In this document: positions 48,601 to 59,544 of the stretch, piece by piece
Position numbering within the stretch: position 1 is the first letter of the stretch
How the letters are laid out: each line of letters starts with the position of its first letter
Assembly (NCBI GenBank): GCA_950097015.1
Contig: CATNEN010000001.1
Location: 26,040,001-26,104,000, forward strand
Direction: 5' to 3'
Origin: Macrostomum hystrix
Taxonomy: Eukaryota > Animalia > Platyhelminthes
DNA length: 64,000 nucleotides
The notes under the pieces: model-generated
The model's input: only the letters and a program-made list of their open reading frames with translations
Told to the model about the DNA's origin: nothing
The model's database searches: none
Made by a program: the position numbers and the translations under genes

Positions 48601-51600
48601 TGTCCAGGTGCTCATCGAATTCGGCATTGTTTGGCAAAAGCAGCGGCTCACTTTCCATCTCTTCTTTGAAGAAGTTTTCGAATTTCTTCAAGCTAACTAG
48701 GCGGCTCTTGGTGTCCATGAGGTGGCTCACGCAGCAGTTCTGGATCTCTATGACGGACTGGATGCCCCACAGCGCCAGCTCGCGCTCCAGCAGGGGACCG
48801 CAGTAGTGATGGGGGACGTGCAGCTCACCTGGAGTCAGTTGCGGTGGCTTGAGGTCGTGAAGTTTATTGTAGAACCGAAATAAAGACTCAAACTTGCGAA
48901 ATATTCAAAGAAATACGACTGAGCTTAATAAAAATAAGAATAAATGTTGCAGGAGAATTGTGAGCATTGGCACAACATTTAGTGCCAATGGATCCGCAGC
49001 CAGCGAGGAGGCAATGCCGTCTATTCCACTGACTCCTGTGCCCACACGCACACAGATACTGTACACAGACACACACTCAAACATGGTTGTACATCTGCCC
49101 TGACATTCGCATCGTCTAGGTTGGCCGCTGCGCCTCAAAATAAACGTGGCATCGCCGCGGACTCCAGCTCAGAACCTTAGTATGAAAGGCAAATGCATTG
49201 GACTCACCCCTCAAGACTGACCTTTGTGAATCTGGTTAGCAGTGGTGAAAAAACGCGTGACAAAATGCGAAGAAAAAGAAAATTGTGCTGCCAATATTTA
49301 CTGCGCTTCCTTGTATGGAATACGTGATAAGGCTCACAATTCAATTGAGCGCTAAACTGATTTGCTTGATCAACTAAGTAAATCACCAGACTTTCTATCA
49401 GCGACCGGCAAATGTATTTGGCAATTGGATCAAATTTTCTACCTACCATAGTCTAGTCTAGTTAGTAACTAAATAGCTTCCATGTAAATATCGCTTTGCC
49501 ACTGAGATTGATTTGCAAAAGCGAATTGTGACGCTATTCGACAAGATCGTCGAGTACTTTTTTTCAGACGCGCCTCACCGTATCTGCAGTACCACAGCAC
49601 GATCTTGAAGATGGCCGGATCCCGGTCGAAGTAGTACTCCTGCTGGGCCGCCCTGTAGATGCCGTCGTGCAGCAGCTTGTCGTAGATGTACCTCTGGTTG
49701 AGCAGAGTGGCCCTGAGTACCTCGAACCTGGTGCCGCTGACGTTGAGCCGGATCAGGCCCAGGACATCCAGATTGTCCAGGTCCAGGGACTCTGCGCACT
49801 CCATAGAGTTCTCATCGATGAAGTGCAGATTCTCGAAGTCGGTCTTGGACAGCTCGATCAGCTGCTGGCGCTGCAGGTCGCTCAGCGAGGGCATTCTGGC
49901 TCGGCTGCCACGCCGGCCTGCTGAAACACGTCAGGGGGAAGTCAGAAGTCAACTCGGAGAAGTTTCGAATGTCGAAAAACTCTGATCAAGGTTGCTGGTA
50001 GCGCGTAATTGGCGCAGAGCATTCGAACCGGGTCAGGCAGACGATGAAGTGAAAACGATTTCTGCCCTGCACAGGGAATTTTCTTCGACCCGATGCGTTG
50101 CCGAGGCAGATTTGGGAGTTGTTGGGTTCGTCCGGGGATAATATCCTACTGAAGAGCGGATAACGATAGTTGCACGCTGGGGCTGGGGGAGATCTAAGGG
50201 GAAAAAACACACCGCGCTGATCCCTATTTTATTGCATTTCTGGACTAAATCGAGGGGTATTGCGAATGGGCTTCCAGACTTCAAGGTGTTCGTTTTCTGA
50301 ACTTTCCTGTCCACTTTTTTAAGCCATGCTCCACTGGGACTTCCTCGCCTGTTTAACTGGCGCCAGACGCGACTGTGAGGGCCTCGCAGAGGTCGCTGAC
50401 GTTTCTGTCGCAGCTGCTTCTAGGAGGAAGGGGCGAAGAGAACTGCCGGAGAAACCAAATGTTCCAGCATCGTTGCGAGACACTTTGAAAGGCGAGCTGC
50501 CGTTAAAAAAATATTGTTTCTACCCGTTCGTCTAAGTGTCAAAAATGTTCACTAAAGTAGGACGGTCCCTTGGCTGAATGAATCCATGGCTGATGTTATG
50601 CTATAATTGCAGGAGGGCTGCGAGCACTTTGATTGACACATTCTTCGATGTGAAATGCTCGTTACAAACTCACCTTGTCCGTGATCTCTGACCCCGATGC
50701 TCACACCAGACAGTCCTGCGCTTTGGCAGTACATTGCGGCAGCTGCCTTACTTTCTATCAAATTAAATTTCACTACAAGGTCTTGCTTTCAATCAGTTCT
50801 ATATCGGCAGGTGAAAGCAGGCGAAGGACAGAATGACTTGACTGCATTGGGGAGGGGCTGCTAATAAATATATCCCAGAAAATTCACCCCCAGCCACCCC
50901 CAAACAAGAGCTAAATTGAATCCCAATGCCAGCCTGTCCATCGCCTTCGCTTTTGCCAGCTTTTCCTTCATTCCCCTCAATTCTAATAATATCTTCCGGC
51001 TTTTTTTACGCTCGGCTCTTCTTTCAGACCCTGGCCTCCCAAATTCTGCAGCGATGGGGTAGATGAGGACGTCTCGCAGCCTGCCTGCTGCTTGCTGGTG
51101 GGTACCAACAAAGCGTCAGTCATTCTCCGTGCGGGGGGCGGCCTTCGGCGCCCCGAAACGCAGGTAGTTGACGGCCGTGTGGGGAGGATGCGAAGTCTTC
51201 TGGCAGGTCAGCGGGATTGAATTAGCGAGCAGACAGCTGTCAAGCACTTTGCTAGCCATTTTAACTGTACTTGATTCGAACATAGCATTTTGTATTTCAA
51301 TTAGCCACTGCAGCAAATACCTAAGTTGTGCCGGTGCACTTTAAGGACTACAAGGTAAGCTTTTTGAGGTTGCTTTTTTAACTATGAGGATGCTACCTTT
51401 TACTTACTATTTTTACCATCGTTTCAAAAAAAATTCTTCTTTCGGACACCGTTCGAATGAATTCAATATTCAATACATTTTTATCTACTTAAAGTAGCTA
51501 AACGCTGCGCAAAACGTGTTTTCGAAAAAAGTGTCATAATAAATTTTATACGACGTTCAGACATTTTAAAATCCCAATCCTACATTACAATCGGAGAAAT

Positions 51601-52969
51601 ACAAGAGCACTCCGCCACTTAGTTAGGAAAAATTACTAAGTAGTCCACTCCTAGTCTAGAGTAATCCGCCCCTAGACTAGAGTAATCCGCTCCTAATCCG
51701 CTCCTAGTCTAGAGTAATCCGCTCCTAGTCTAGAGTAATCCGCTCCTAGTCTAGAGTAATCCGCTCCTAGTCTAGAGTAATCCGCTCCTAGTCTAGAGTA
51801 ATCCGCTCCTAGTCTAGAGTAATCCGCTCCTAGTCTAGAGTAATCCGCTCCTAGTCTAGAGTAATCCGCTCCTAGTCTAGAGTAATCCGCTCCTAGTCTA
51901 GAGTAATCCGCTCCTAGTCTAGAGTAATCCGCTCCTAGTCTAGAGTAATCCGCTCCTAGTCTAGAGTAATCCGCTCCTAGTCTATAGGTAGATCATTTTG
52001 GCCGAAACGCCGGCTGACCCGAACACGTGTCCGGTTCGTGCGATGGAGATGTGCCTGGCGAAGATACCGGATGAAGTCGGTTGCAAATCCACTCCTAGTC
52101 TAGAGTAATCCGTCCTTAGACTAGAGTAATCCGCCCCTAGTCTAGAGTAATCCGCCCCTAGTCTAGAGTAATCCGCCCCTAGTCTAGAGTAATCCGCTCC
52201 TAGTCTAGAGTAATCCGCCCCTAGACTAGAGTAATCCGCCCCTAGACTAGAGTAATCCGCCCCTACTCTAGAGTAATCCGCCCCTAGTCTTGAGTAATCC
52301 GCCCTAGTCTAGATAGAGTAATCCGCGCCTAGTCTAGATTAATCCGCCCCTAGTCTAGAGCAATCCGCCCCTAGTCTAGATTAATCCGCCCCTAGTCCGC
52401 CCAAATCAGAAATCCTCACCTCTCCCGGAGGTGCTGCTCTCGCCAGCCACGCTGCTCCTCGCTGAAGCGTTCCCGGCAGCGTCATTATCAAACAGAACGC
52501 TGACGCTCTTCTTGCGCATCCGGAAAATGTTGCCAATGCTGGGTCTCGGTGCCAGACTAAAGCCCACGGCACCGCCGCCGCCGCCGCCGCCGCCGCCTCC
52601 GTCGCTAGCCGGCACTTCCAAGGAGCTTCGAGTGTCTCCAGCGCCGCCGGCACCGACTCCCGCTCCGCCGCCTATTGTTGAACTGCTGCAGCAGTCGTCT
52701 TCGATCACGATGCCCGGGTTGATGGAAATCTGCGGTGAGAACTGCGATGATGACGACTCTTGGAGCTGCAACTGCTGCTGCTGCTGCTGAATCTGCAGCT
52801 TCTTGCTAGCTGCGGCGGCTGCGGCTTGAGGTGAAGCCTTTCGCGAGATCAACAGCGGCCTGTGATACTTTTTGCCGGCCGAGAGGGACAGCCGCTCCTC
52901 GCCACCCGCACCCCTGGCGATGGGGCACTCGGGCTCGGCACTCGGCGGAGAGTGAACAAAATGGGCCAT
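45642..52969 (-). CDS. Shaw/Kv3-like voltage-gated K+ channel. Core exons 49920(ATG 49894)-49579, 48828-48580, 48334-47492, 46111-45642; probable upstream exon 52969-52420
   Basis: T1 domain IRLNVSGTRFE...EYYFDRDPAIF...YCRYGELHVP..YCGPLLERELALWGI; S1-S6; pore [23 protein letters not shown]; consistent phases; the 52969-52420 exon ends in phase 1, compatible with the tttcag acceptor at 49921 (this link is inferred). Confidence 0.88.
51640..52400. repeat. 21-bp minisatellite (gtaatccgctcctagtctaga)n interrupted by a ~105-bp unique island at ~51985-52090
   Basis: Visible tandem units on both sides of the island. Confidence 0.95.
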
Positions 52970-53646
52970 GCGGTTAGATGAGCTCAAATCTGGAGTGTTG
53001 CGAGGATGAGAGAATGTACGGTTTATGCACATAGTTACCGTAACTATTCAAGTAAGGAATAATGTTCATTCTTGCGTGTGAGAGATTGAGGTCTTGGGGA
53101 AGGAAGTGCGGGTGAGCATTAGTGCGTTTGTGCGTTTGTGGTGTACATTTGTGTGGGTGAGAGATTAAGGTCCGGGGGAAGGAAGTATGTACATTTGTGC
53201 GGGTGAGAGATTGAGGTCTTGGGGAAGGAAGTATGTACATTTGTGCGGGTGACAGACAATAAGGGCTTGGTGAAGGGATAATGAAAATTCGGTTAGATGA
53301 GAGACTGAGGACTCAGGGAAGGGAGAATGTACGTTCGAGTGAGATATTGAGGGCTTTGGGAAGGGAGAATGTACATTCTGCTGGATGTATATTCGAAGTA
53401 GTTTGGGCTGTGGTGGGCATAATTTATATCGTTAAAATTTAGGGGTTAAGGGAATAATTATTATGCTCTTGCTTGAATCGACATAAATCGTTGAAAGTTA
53501 GTAAATATCGGATTGTGACGACTGAAAATCATCATTTTTCAAATTTTCGATAATAAGTGAATAAATAATTTGAGACTCTCATAGAGAACTCTCATTCTCT
53601 TCTCTTTTCTTGTGAGTCACCTCTCACCCTCCTCCCGCTTTCAGCA

Positions 53647-55209
53647 ATGGCTTCTTCTGCTCAATCTTTTAAAGATAGTGAAACTGGAAACCCCCCAGTT
53701 GCTCCGGCCGCTTCCAACAGCGCCAACGTCGCCCCACCGGAGGCTACCGGACCCGCTTCCGCCCTGCCTGACGGTGGACCTGTCCCCGGACCCCCAGGCA
53801 TCCGGTCCAAGGAAGCCCGTCAAGGCCGCAACCAACGCCGCAACGAACGGCGTCGGCGACAGCGAGAGAGGGAGGCCGCGGTTCGGCAATCCGCGGAGGT
53901 GGTGCCTCAAGTGGGCGTAGGAGCGGTTGGGCCGAAAGGAGCCACCGCCACCTCAGCCCCTCGGGAAACCGCCTCCGCGGGGTCACCACCCGCTGAGCCC
54001 ACCAGCAACTCAAACACCGGCAACGTGGCTGGGCCATCTGGAGCCGCCACACATGCAACGATGGCGAGCGAGGCCCCGGCCAGCCAACCATCTACCAAGG
54101 CCAAGGAGTCCTACGCCTCCAAGGCCAGTGCCATGCTCCAACCCGCGGTCATCGTTTTTGGGGAAGAGCAAGACCTCACGGCCGAGCAGCTCGACAGTGT
54201 ATGGCGCATCATCGACGCTGCGCTCATTGACCAGCTCCTGGCAGGCCGCCCGGTGAGCGTGGTCAAATCGGCCAAAACGGACGGCTGCATCTTCATCTGG
54301 TGCAACTCCGAGGAAAGCAGCCGAGCTCTACGCGAGCTTCTGCCACAGCTAAAATGGCCCAAGAAGCTCGGCAAACTCACCTTCGCCAGCGAAGGCCAAC
54401 GCATTAAAACCGAACGCTTCCGCGTTTGGATTCCGAATGGCAGTGCCATCAAATCTGGGGATCAGCTTAGGCAGATTCTGCTGAAGCTGCACCCCGACCT
54501 TGAGGCCAACGGGCTCCTCCACCATGCCTCCTCCCGCAAGGAGACGGGGTTCACGGTGATCCTGGGGCTCTCGGATGCGTGGACGAAGCGCTTGCCGCCA
54601 AAGTCCATCATTCACCTTGGTCTAACTCAGCTGACCATCCTCCGCTGCGAGGAGAGGAAAGCTGGCGAAGCCAAAAAAGCCAAAGCTCCTGAGTCCGGAT
54701 CCGGGGCGCAAGCTCCTCCGGCGAAGAAGCAGAGGCAAACGGTGGATCCCCACCCCGGTAAAGCAGCCCGCGCTGCCGAATCCGGACCTCGCGACCGCAG
54801 GCCTGCCAGGTCCACCCGGAGATCTGGGCTGGTCCAGCGTGCGCTGGAACAAGCCAGGACTCTCAGGGCGCACCTTGAGCGGGCCCACACATCGAACGCT
54901 CCACCGAAGCAGCCAGTGGGGCAGGAGCGACGAGGAGAGGCGCCGACTGACTGGTTTGAGGCTAGCACTCACCAGGCGGATCGCGCCATCCACGTTGACC
55001 TGACCGACGAGGCGAGCCTGGGCAGTATCGGCGTCACGACGCAAAGGGACGGCGAGGGAGACACTCTTGCTGGGCAAATGCCCGCTGAGGGCTCCTCAGC
55101 CACCCTGACCGCCGGGGACGCCGAGATTCCCATGGAGCTTTGCGAGCCTTCCATCTCCGAAAAGGAAGAGGAGGAATTGCTACGCGACTCCCCGACTGCG
55201 CGGCCATGA
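53647..55209 (+). CDS. Retrotransposon ORF1 (gag-like; central region resembles DUF4780)
   Basis: 520-aa ORF upstream of pol; basic RRNERRRRQR tract; I.C.S....L...RFRVWIP region; no obvious CCHC knuckle. Confidence 0.8.
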   Translation: MASSAQSFKDSETGNPPVAPAASNSANVAPPEATGPASALPDGGPVPGPPGIRSKEARQGRNQRRNERRRRQREREAAVRQSAEVVPQVGVGAVGPKGATATSAPRETASAGSPPAEPTSNSNTGNVAGPSGAATHATMASEAPASQPSTKAKESYASKASAMLQPAVIVFGEEQDLTAEQLDSVWRIIDAALIDQLLAGRPVSVVKSAKTDGCIFIWCNSEESSRALRELLPQLKWPKKLGKLTFASEGQRIKTERFRVWIPNGSAIKSGDQLRQILLKLHPDLEANGLLHHASSRKETGFTVILGLSDAWTKRLPPKSIIHLGLTQLTILRCEERKAGEAKKAKAPESGSGAQAPPAKKQRQTVDPHPGKAARAAESGPRDRRPARSTRRSGLVQRALEQARTLRAHLERAHTSNAPPKQPVGQERRGEAPTDWFEASTHQADRAIHVDLTDEASLGSIGVTTQRDGEGDTLAGQMPAEGSSATLTAGDAEIPMELCEPSISEKEEEELLRDSPTARP

Positions 55210-58200
55210 TCAGCAGTCCAGGAATTAGCTGCCTGCAGATTAATCTGCAACACAGCGTCGCAGCTTCGGCTAACCTGATGCGTCAAGCCGAGCTCGACAA
55301 GCCGGGTCTCATCCTAGTCCAGGAGCCGTGGACCTCCAAAGGTAAGCCCCAAAACGTGCCTTCTGGGTACAACTGCTTCTGCGTTAGCCCCCGCGAGGCG
55401 AACCGGCCACCTAGAGCCTGTATCTTCGGGGCCAAAACCCTCGGTGCTTGGCTCAGACCCGACCTGTCTAACGGGGATATCTGCGTCATTCAGTCTGAGG
55501 ATCTGCTGCCTGGGAGAACCACCCTCGTTGCCTCGGTTTACCTACCAGGTGACGTAGCGGTCGTCCCCCGGACGCTCACCACCCTGGTCGAACTCTGCTC
55601 TGCCAGGAATTATGAGCTGATGGTCGCCGGCGACATCAACGCCCACCATACCCACTGGGGCAGCACAGGGATAAACCAGAGAGGCGAAGACCTCCTGTCC
55701 TATGTTACCTCTACGACCCTGGAGTTCTGTAACTCTGGGTCTACGCCTACTTTCGACAATGGACGCTGGTCAGAGGTGATTGACGCCACGCTCGCTTCAC
55801 CCAAGCTCTTTCAGAGTATTGGGGTGTGGCGCGTGCTCCCGGTGCCGTCCCTCTCTGACCATAAGTTCATTCACTTTCGTGTGGCGAGCGCTCGCAGCCT
55901 AAACCACATCACGTGGAGACGGAACGCCAGAAATACTGATTGGGAAGCCTTCAGGCATGCCTTGGAGACGACCCATCGGTCTTCGGGCCAACCACCCACT
56001 ATTTCGACGTGCCGAGAGGCGGACGAGTGCGCGACTGTTTTAACAGAAACGCTAACCGCCGCCTTCGAGGCTGCCTGTCCCCTAAAAGCCTACAAAGGGA
56101 AGACATCTGCGCCGTGGTGGAATCCTCAGCTCGGCGACCTCCGTCGCAGAGCGAAGAGATTACACCGCAGAGCGAACAAAACCAGGAGCCCTGCAGACCA
56201 GACCGCCTACCTTGAAGCCATCCATGAGTTCAAGAGGGAGATCAGGACTGCCAAGGCCCAGAAGTGGCGCCAATACTGCGAGGAGCTAGAGGGCTCACGC
56301 CCCACCTCCAGAATTGTCAAAGCACTTACGCTAGACAAAATGTCCAAGCTCTCCTCGGTTAAGCGAACCGACGGCACGTCAACTGACAACCCAGGAGAAA
56401 CGCTTGAGGTCATGCTCTCTGCCTTCTTCCCCAACGAACCAACCAACCTGACCACCTCAGACCACACTGAGGGAGGCCAGATGCTGGCTGCCTCTATCAT
56501 CACGGAGGACCGCATCGTTAAAGCGGCCACCTCCTTCAAGCCTTTCAAGGCTCCAGGGCCTGATGGCATCGTACCTGCCTTTCTTAGAGAGGCGGTTAAA
56601 TGCCCAGGTTTCCTGCGCTCTCTTTGCAACCTCTATCGAGCCTGCATCACGCTCGGGTACGTCCCGCAGGCATGGACCGAGGCGAAGGTGATTTTTATCC
56701 CGAAGCCAGGCCGCCCGGACTACCAGTCTATAAAATCCTTCAGACCAATCAGTCTAACCACCTTCCTGGTCAAGCTGATGGAGAGACTAGTGCTGTGGCG
56801 CCTTCTCTCAGTGGAACTGAAGAACGCGCCGCTCAGCGACAACCAGCATGCTTTTCGGGCGGGTCGCTCCACCGAAAGCGCGCTGCACGTTCTGGTCGAC
56901 AAATTGGAGAAAGCTGTGCTTGGCACCGGCTTCGCCTTAAGCGTCTTCCTAGACATTGATGGTGCCTTTGACAACGTCCTCTTCGAAGCGTTCCGCAAAG
57001 CCCTTTACGAGAGGCACACTCACTCGTCCCTCACCAGATGGATCATGTTTATGATCAGTCATCGCACGGTCACTGCCAACCTGCTGGGCCACCAACGGAC
57101 GGTCCCCGTCCGCAAAGGGAGCCCGCAGGGAGGGGTCCTCTCTCCTATTCTCTGGAACATGGTCATTGACGAGCTCCTCCGTGACGACCGTCCTGACCCA
57201 ATCCTGAAGGTGGGGTATGCGGACGATGTCACTGCTGTGGCGTCTGGCCCATCCCCTGACACTCTCAGGGACCTCCTTCAGAATTTCATCCACTCTGCTG
57301 AACAATGGGCGGGTCGCTGTGGTCTGAAGCTCTCCGAGACCAAGACTGCAGTGATCATGTTCACCAGCAGAAACAAGTGGCAGATACAGCCGCTTAGGCT
57401 TTACGGTAAGGAAATTTCCTTCTGTAAGCAAACCAAATGCCTAGGGATCACCTTGGACCATAGGCTGAACTGGTCTCCCCATGTTCAAACCAAAACCAAG
57501 AGGGCCCTCGCGATCCTCGCGCAGCTGCGGAGGGCCGTTGGCACCACCTGGGGGCTCACCCCCAAGCGCCTCTGGTGGATCTATACTGCAATGGTCAGGC
57601 CAGCTGTCTCGTACGGCAGCTTGATCTGGGCCAGTGCCCTGCAGATGAAGACCTGCCTGGAGGCACTTAGGAAAACGCAAGGGCGCGCTTGTCGCATGAC
57701 CATGAGTGCCCCACCGTCTGCTCCTTACGACGGCCTCAATGCCTTCCTCGACGCTACCCCGCTGGACATTTTTGTCCGCAGGGAAGCCGCCAAAACAGCG
57801 CGTCGGCTCATTGACGCCGGCGTCCGCTTCACGCCGCAAAGAGCAATGGCAAAACGCAAACTTCTGCCTCACACCGATCTGTGCCTTCGTGACTTGAAAG
57901 ATGGCGGCGGACTCCACGTCTTATCTGACGGCGAACCACGCACTCTCAATCTCACCCAGCGCTACAAAATCATCATTCCCTCGAGGGATGACGCTAACGA
58001 CCACTGGAACCACCAGGAGGTCCACTGCTACACGGACGGATCCCTAAAAGACGGCCTTGCCGGCTTTGGGGTCTGCATCCTGATCAACGGCCGCGTCGTC
58101 GCCACGCATGCCCAACATACTGGGAGACTCTCCACGGTCTTCCAGAATGAGATCCTTGCCATCAGCTCTTGTGCCGCAGAGCTGAATGCCAGGAATACGA

Positions 58201-58910
58201 GAGGAGAGACCATCATCATCCACTCTGACAGCCAAGCGGCCTTACAAGCCCTTTGCCGCACCACCACGTGCTCCCGGACAGTCGCTGACTGTGCCCGGCA
58301 ACTCAACCTCCTGGCCAGTAACAACACGGTCAAGCTGAGCTGGATCCCAGGGCATGCGGGCTTCCCAGGGAACGAGCTTGCGGATACCCTTGCCAAGCAA
58401 GGTGGCTCAGGCTCTCTCCTGGGACCTGCTCCCCTGGTCCCGATCCCCATCACGGTCATCAATCGCCTTATTGATGACTGGGCTGAATCCCTGCACAGGG
58501 ACAGATGGGCGGGCACCCAGAACTGTCGGCAATCCCGTGCCGCAGTTCCGCGCCCGTCTCGCAGGCTCAGGAGCATCCTTTTGAACCAAAACCGGAAGGA
58601 TATCCGCGCCCTCGCCATGACCCTCACGGGCCACGGCTACCTCGCTAGGCACTGTTTCCTCCGGGGTGACCTTGAGAGTGAACTCTGCCCATTCTGTGAG
58701 TATGACACCGAAGATGCTGAGCACTTTGTGTGTCACTGCCCTTTCTTTAACAGAGACCGGCTTCGCTACCTCGGGCCCAACCCGTCCATGGACGAGATCT
58801 GCCAGCCCGACAGCATTCCACGGCTCGTCCAGTTCCTTCGTGCAACAAGACGAGCCACTTTCTTCCCCACGGAAGACAACGCTGCAGGACGGACCGGCGG
58901 ACCACCCTGA
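55206..58910 (+). CDS. Retrotransposon ORF2: AP endonuclease + reverse transcriptase + RNase H + C-terminal Zn finger
   Basis: LQINLQH, LVQEPW, GDINAHH..WGS, SDH; KAPGPDG, FRPISL, FLDIDGAFD, GSPQGGVLSP, YADD; YTDGS, SDSQAAL, WIPGH.G..GNELAD; CPFC....AEHFVC.C. Confidence 0.95.
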   Translation: MISSPGISCLQINLQHSVAASANLMRQAELDKPGLILVQEPWTSKGKPQNVPSGYNCFCVSPREANRPPRACIFGAKTLGAWLRPDLSNGDICVIQSEDLLPGRTTLVASVYLPGDVAVVPRTLTTLVELCSARNYELMVAGDINAHHTHWGSTGINQRGEDLLSYVTSTTLEFCNSGSTPTFDNGRWSEVIDATLASPKLFQSIGVWRVLPVPSLSDHKFIHFRVASARSLNHITWRRNARNTDWEAFRHALETTHRSSGQPPTISTCREADECATVLTETLTAAFEAACPLKAYKGKTSAPWWNPQLGDLRRRAKRLHRRANKTRSPADQTAYLEAIHEFKREIRTAKAQKWRQYCEELEGSRPTSRIVKALTLDKMSKLSSVKRTDGTSTDNPGETLEVMLSAFFPNEPTNLTTSDHTEGGQMLAASIITEDRIVKAATSFKPFKAPGPDGIVPAFLREAVKCPGFLRSLCNLYRACITLGYVPQAWTEAKVIFIPKPGRPDYQSIKSFRPISLTTFLVKLMERLVLWRLLSVELKNAPLSDNQHAFRAGRSTESALHVLVDKLEKAVLGTGFALSVFLDIDGAFDNVLFEAFRKALYERHTHSSLTRWIMFMISHRTVTANLLGHQRTVPVRKGSPQGGVLSPILWNMVIDELLRDDRPDPILKVGYADDVTAVASGPSPDTLRDLLQNFIHSAEQWAGRCGLKLSETKTAVIMFTSRNKWQIQPLRLYGKEISFCKQTKCLGITLDHRLNWSPHVQTKTKRALAILAQLRRAVGTTWGLTPKRLWWIYTAMVRPAVSYGSLIWASALQMKTCLEALRKTQGRACRMTMSAPPSAPYDGLNAFLDATPLDIFVRREAAKTARRLIDAGVRFTPQRAMAKRKLLPHTDLCLRDLKDGGGLHVLSDGEPRTLNLTQRYKIIIPSRDDANDHWNHQEVHCYTDGSLKDGLAGFGVCILINGRVVATHAQHTGRLSTVFQNEILAISSCAAELNARNTRGETIIIHSDSQAALQALCRTTTCSRTVADCARQLNLLASNNTVKLSWIPGHAGFPGNELADTLAKQGGSGSLLGPAPLVPIPITVINRLIDDWAESLHRDRWAGTQNCRQSRAAVPRPSRRLRSILLNQNRKDIRALAMTLTGHGYLARHCFLRGDLESELCPFCEYDTEDAEHFVCHCPFFNRDRLRYLGPNPSMDEICQPDSIPRLVQFLRATRRATFFPTEDNAAGRTGGPP

Positions 58911-59544
58911 CCGGCCCCGCGCCCTTGCCTGTCTGCGGGCCTACAGGGGTTAGCGGTATGGGCGACCCTCGCCTCCCCGCTGCGTCCATGGACCACCCTG
59001 CAGCTAAGTCAAAGTAAGACTCATAGAGAACTAGGCAACCACTTTAACCAGCTAATCGACTGTAGAGCCATGAAGTTTCATGTTCTAGGTAAGTCGTTTA
59101 AAAAACATTTAGCTATAAAACGCAAGGCTTGCACCCTGTTCTGCTGCAGCAGTGTAAACCCAACGCTCGTTGCTGCCTTTAGAAAAACTTCTGCAACAGA
59201 AGTCGACAATCAATATGAGGTTGTAAAATTTGAGTTTAGTAAACTGGAAGCCACGAAAAATGTGTCCTCAACTGGGGCCTCAGAAATTTTGGGTAAGAAT
59301 TGAGACTGAGGAGTACCAAAACTAGCCCACGGTATACGAGCTGTTGTAACCGATAGGCCCCAATGCGTGAGTTGGTAACCAAGTGCTCCTCTAACTGCTC
59401 CTGTGAATTACTGCTCTGAATGAGCACAAATTGATATTGAATGAGCGCTTAGAAATGTGTAAATTTAAAGTTTAATTACTCGATTTTTTCATGTATTATA
59501 GCGTGAGGTTTAAGAATAGCATTATAGCAGAAGAGAGTTAGCTA

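Larger units (their letters stand above)
53591..59019 (+). mobile_element. Full-length RNase H-containing non-LTR retrotransposon (LOA/Lian-like, I/R1 group)
   Basis: 13-bp TSD ctcatagagaact (53578-53590, 59020-59032); two intact ORFs; 56-nt pyrimidine-rich 5' UTR starting ctcattc; short structured 3' UTR. Confidence 0.93.

Noticed and set aside
53744-58996. Many antisense and alternate-frame ORFs over the retrotransposon, kinesin, CCDC92 and channel exons
   Set aside because: Expected shadow ORFs of GC-rich coding sequence with no independent motifs.
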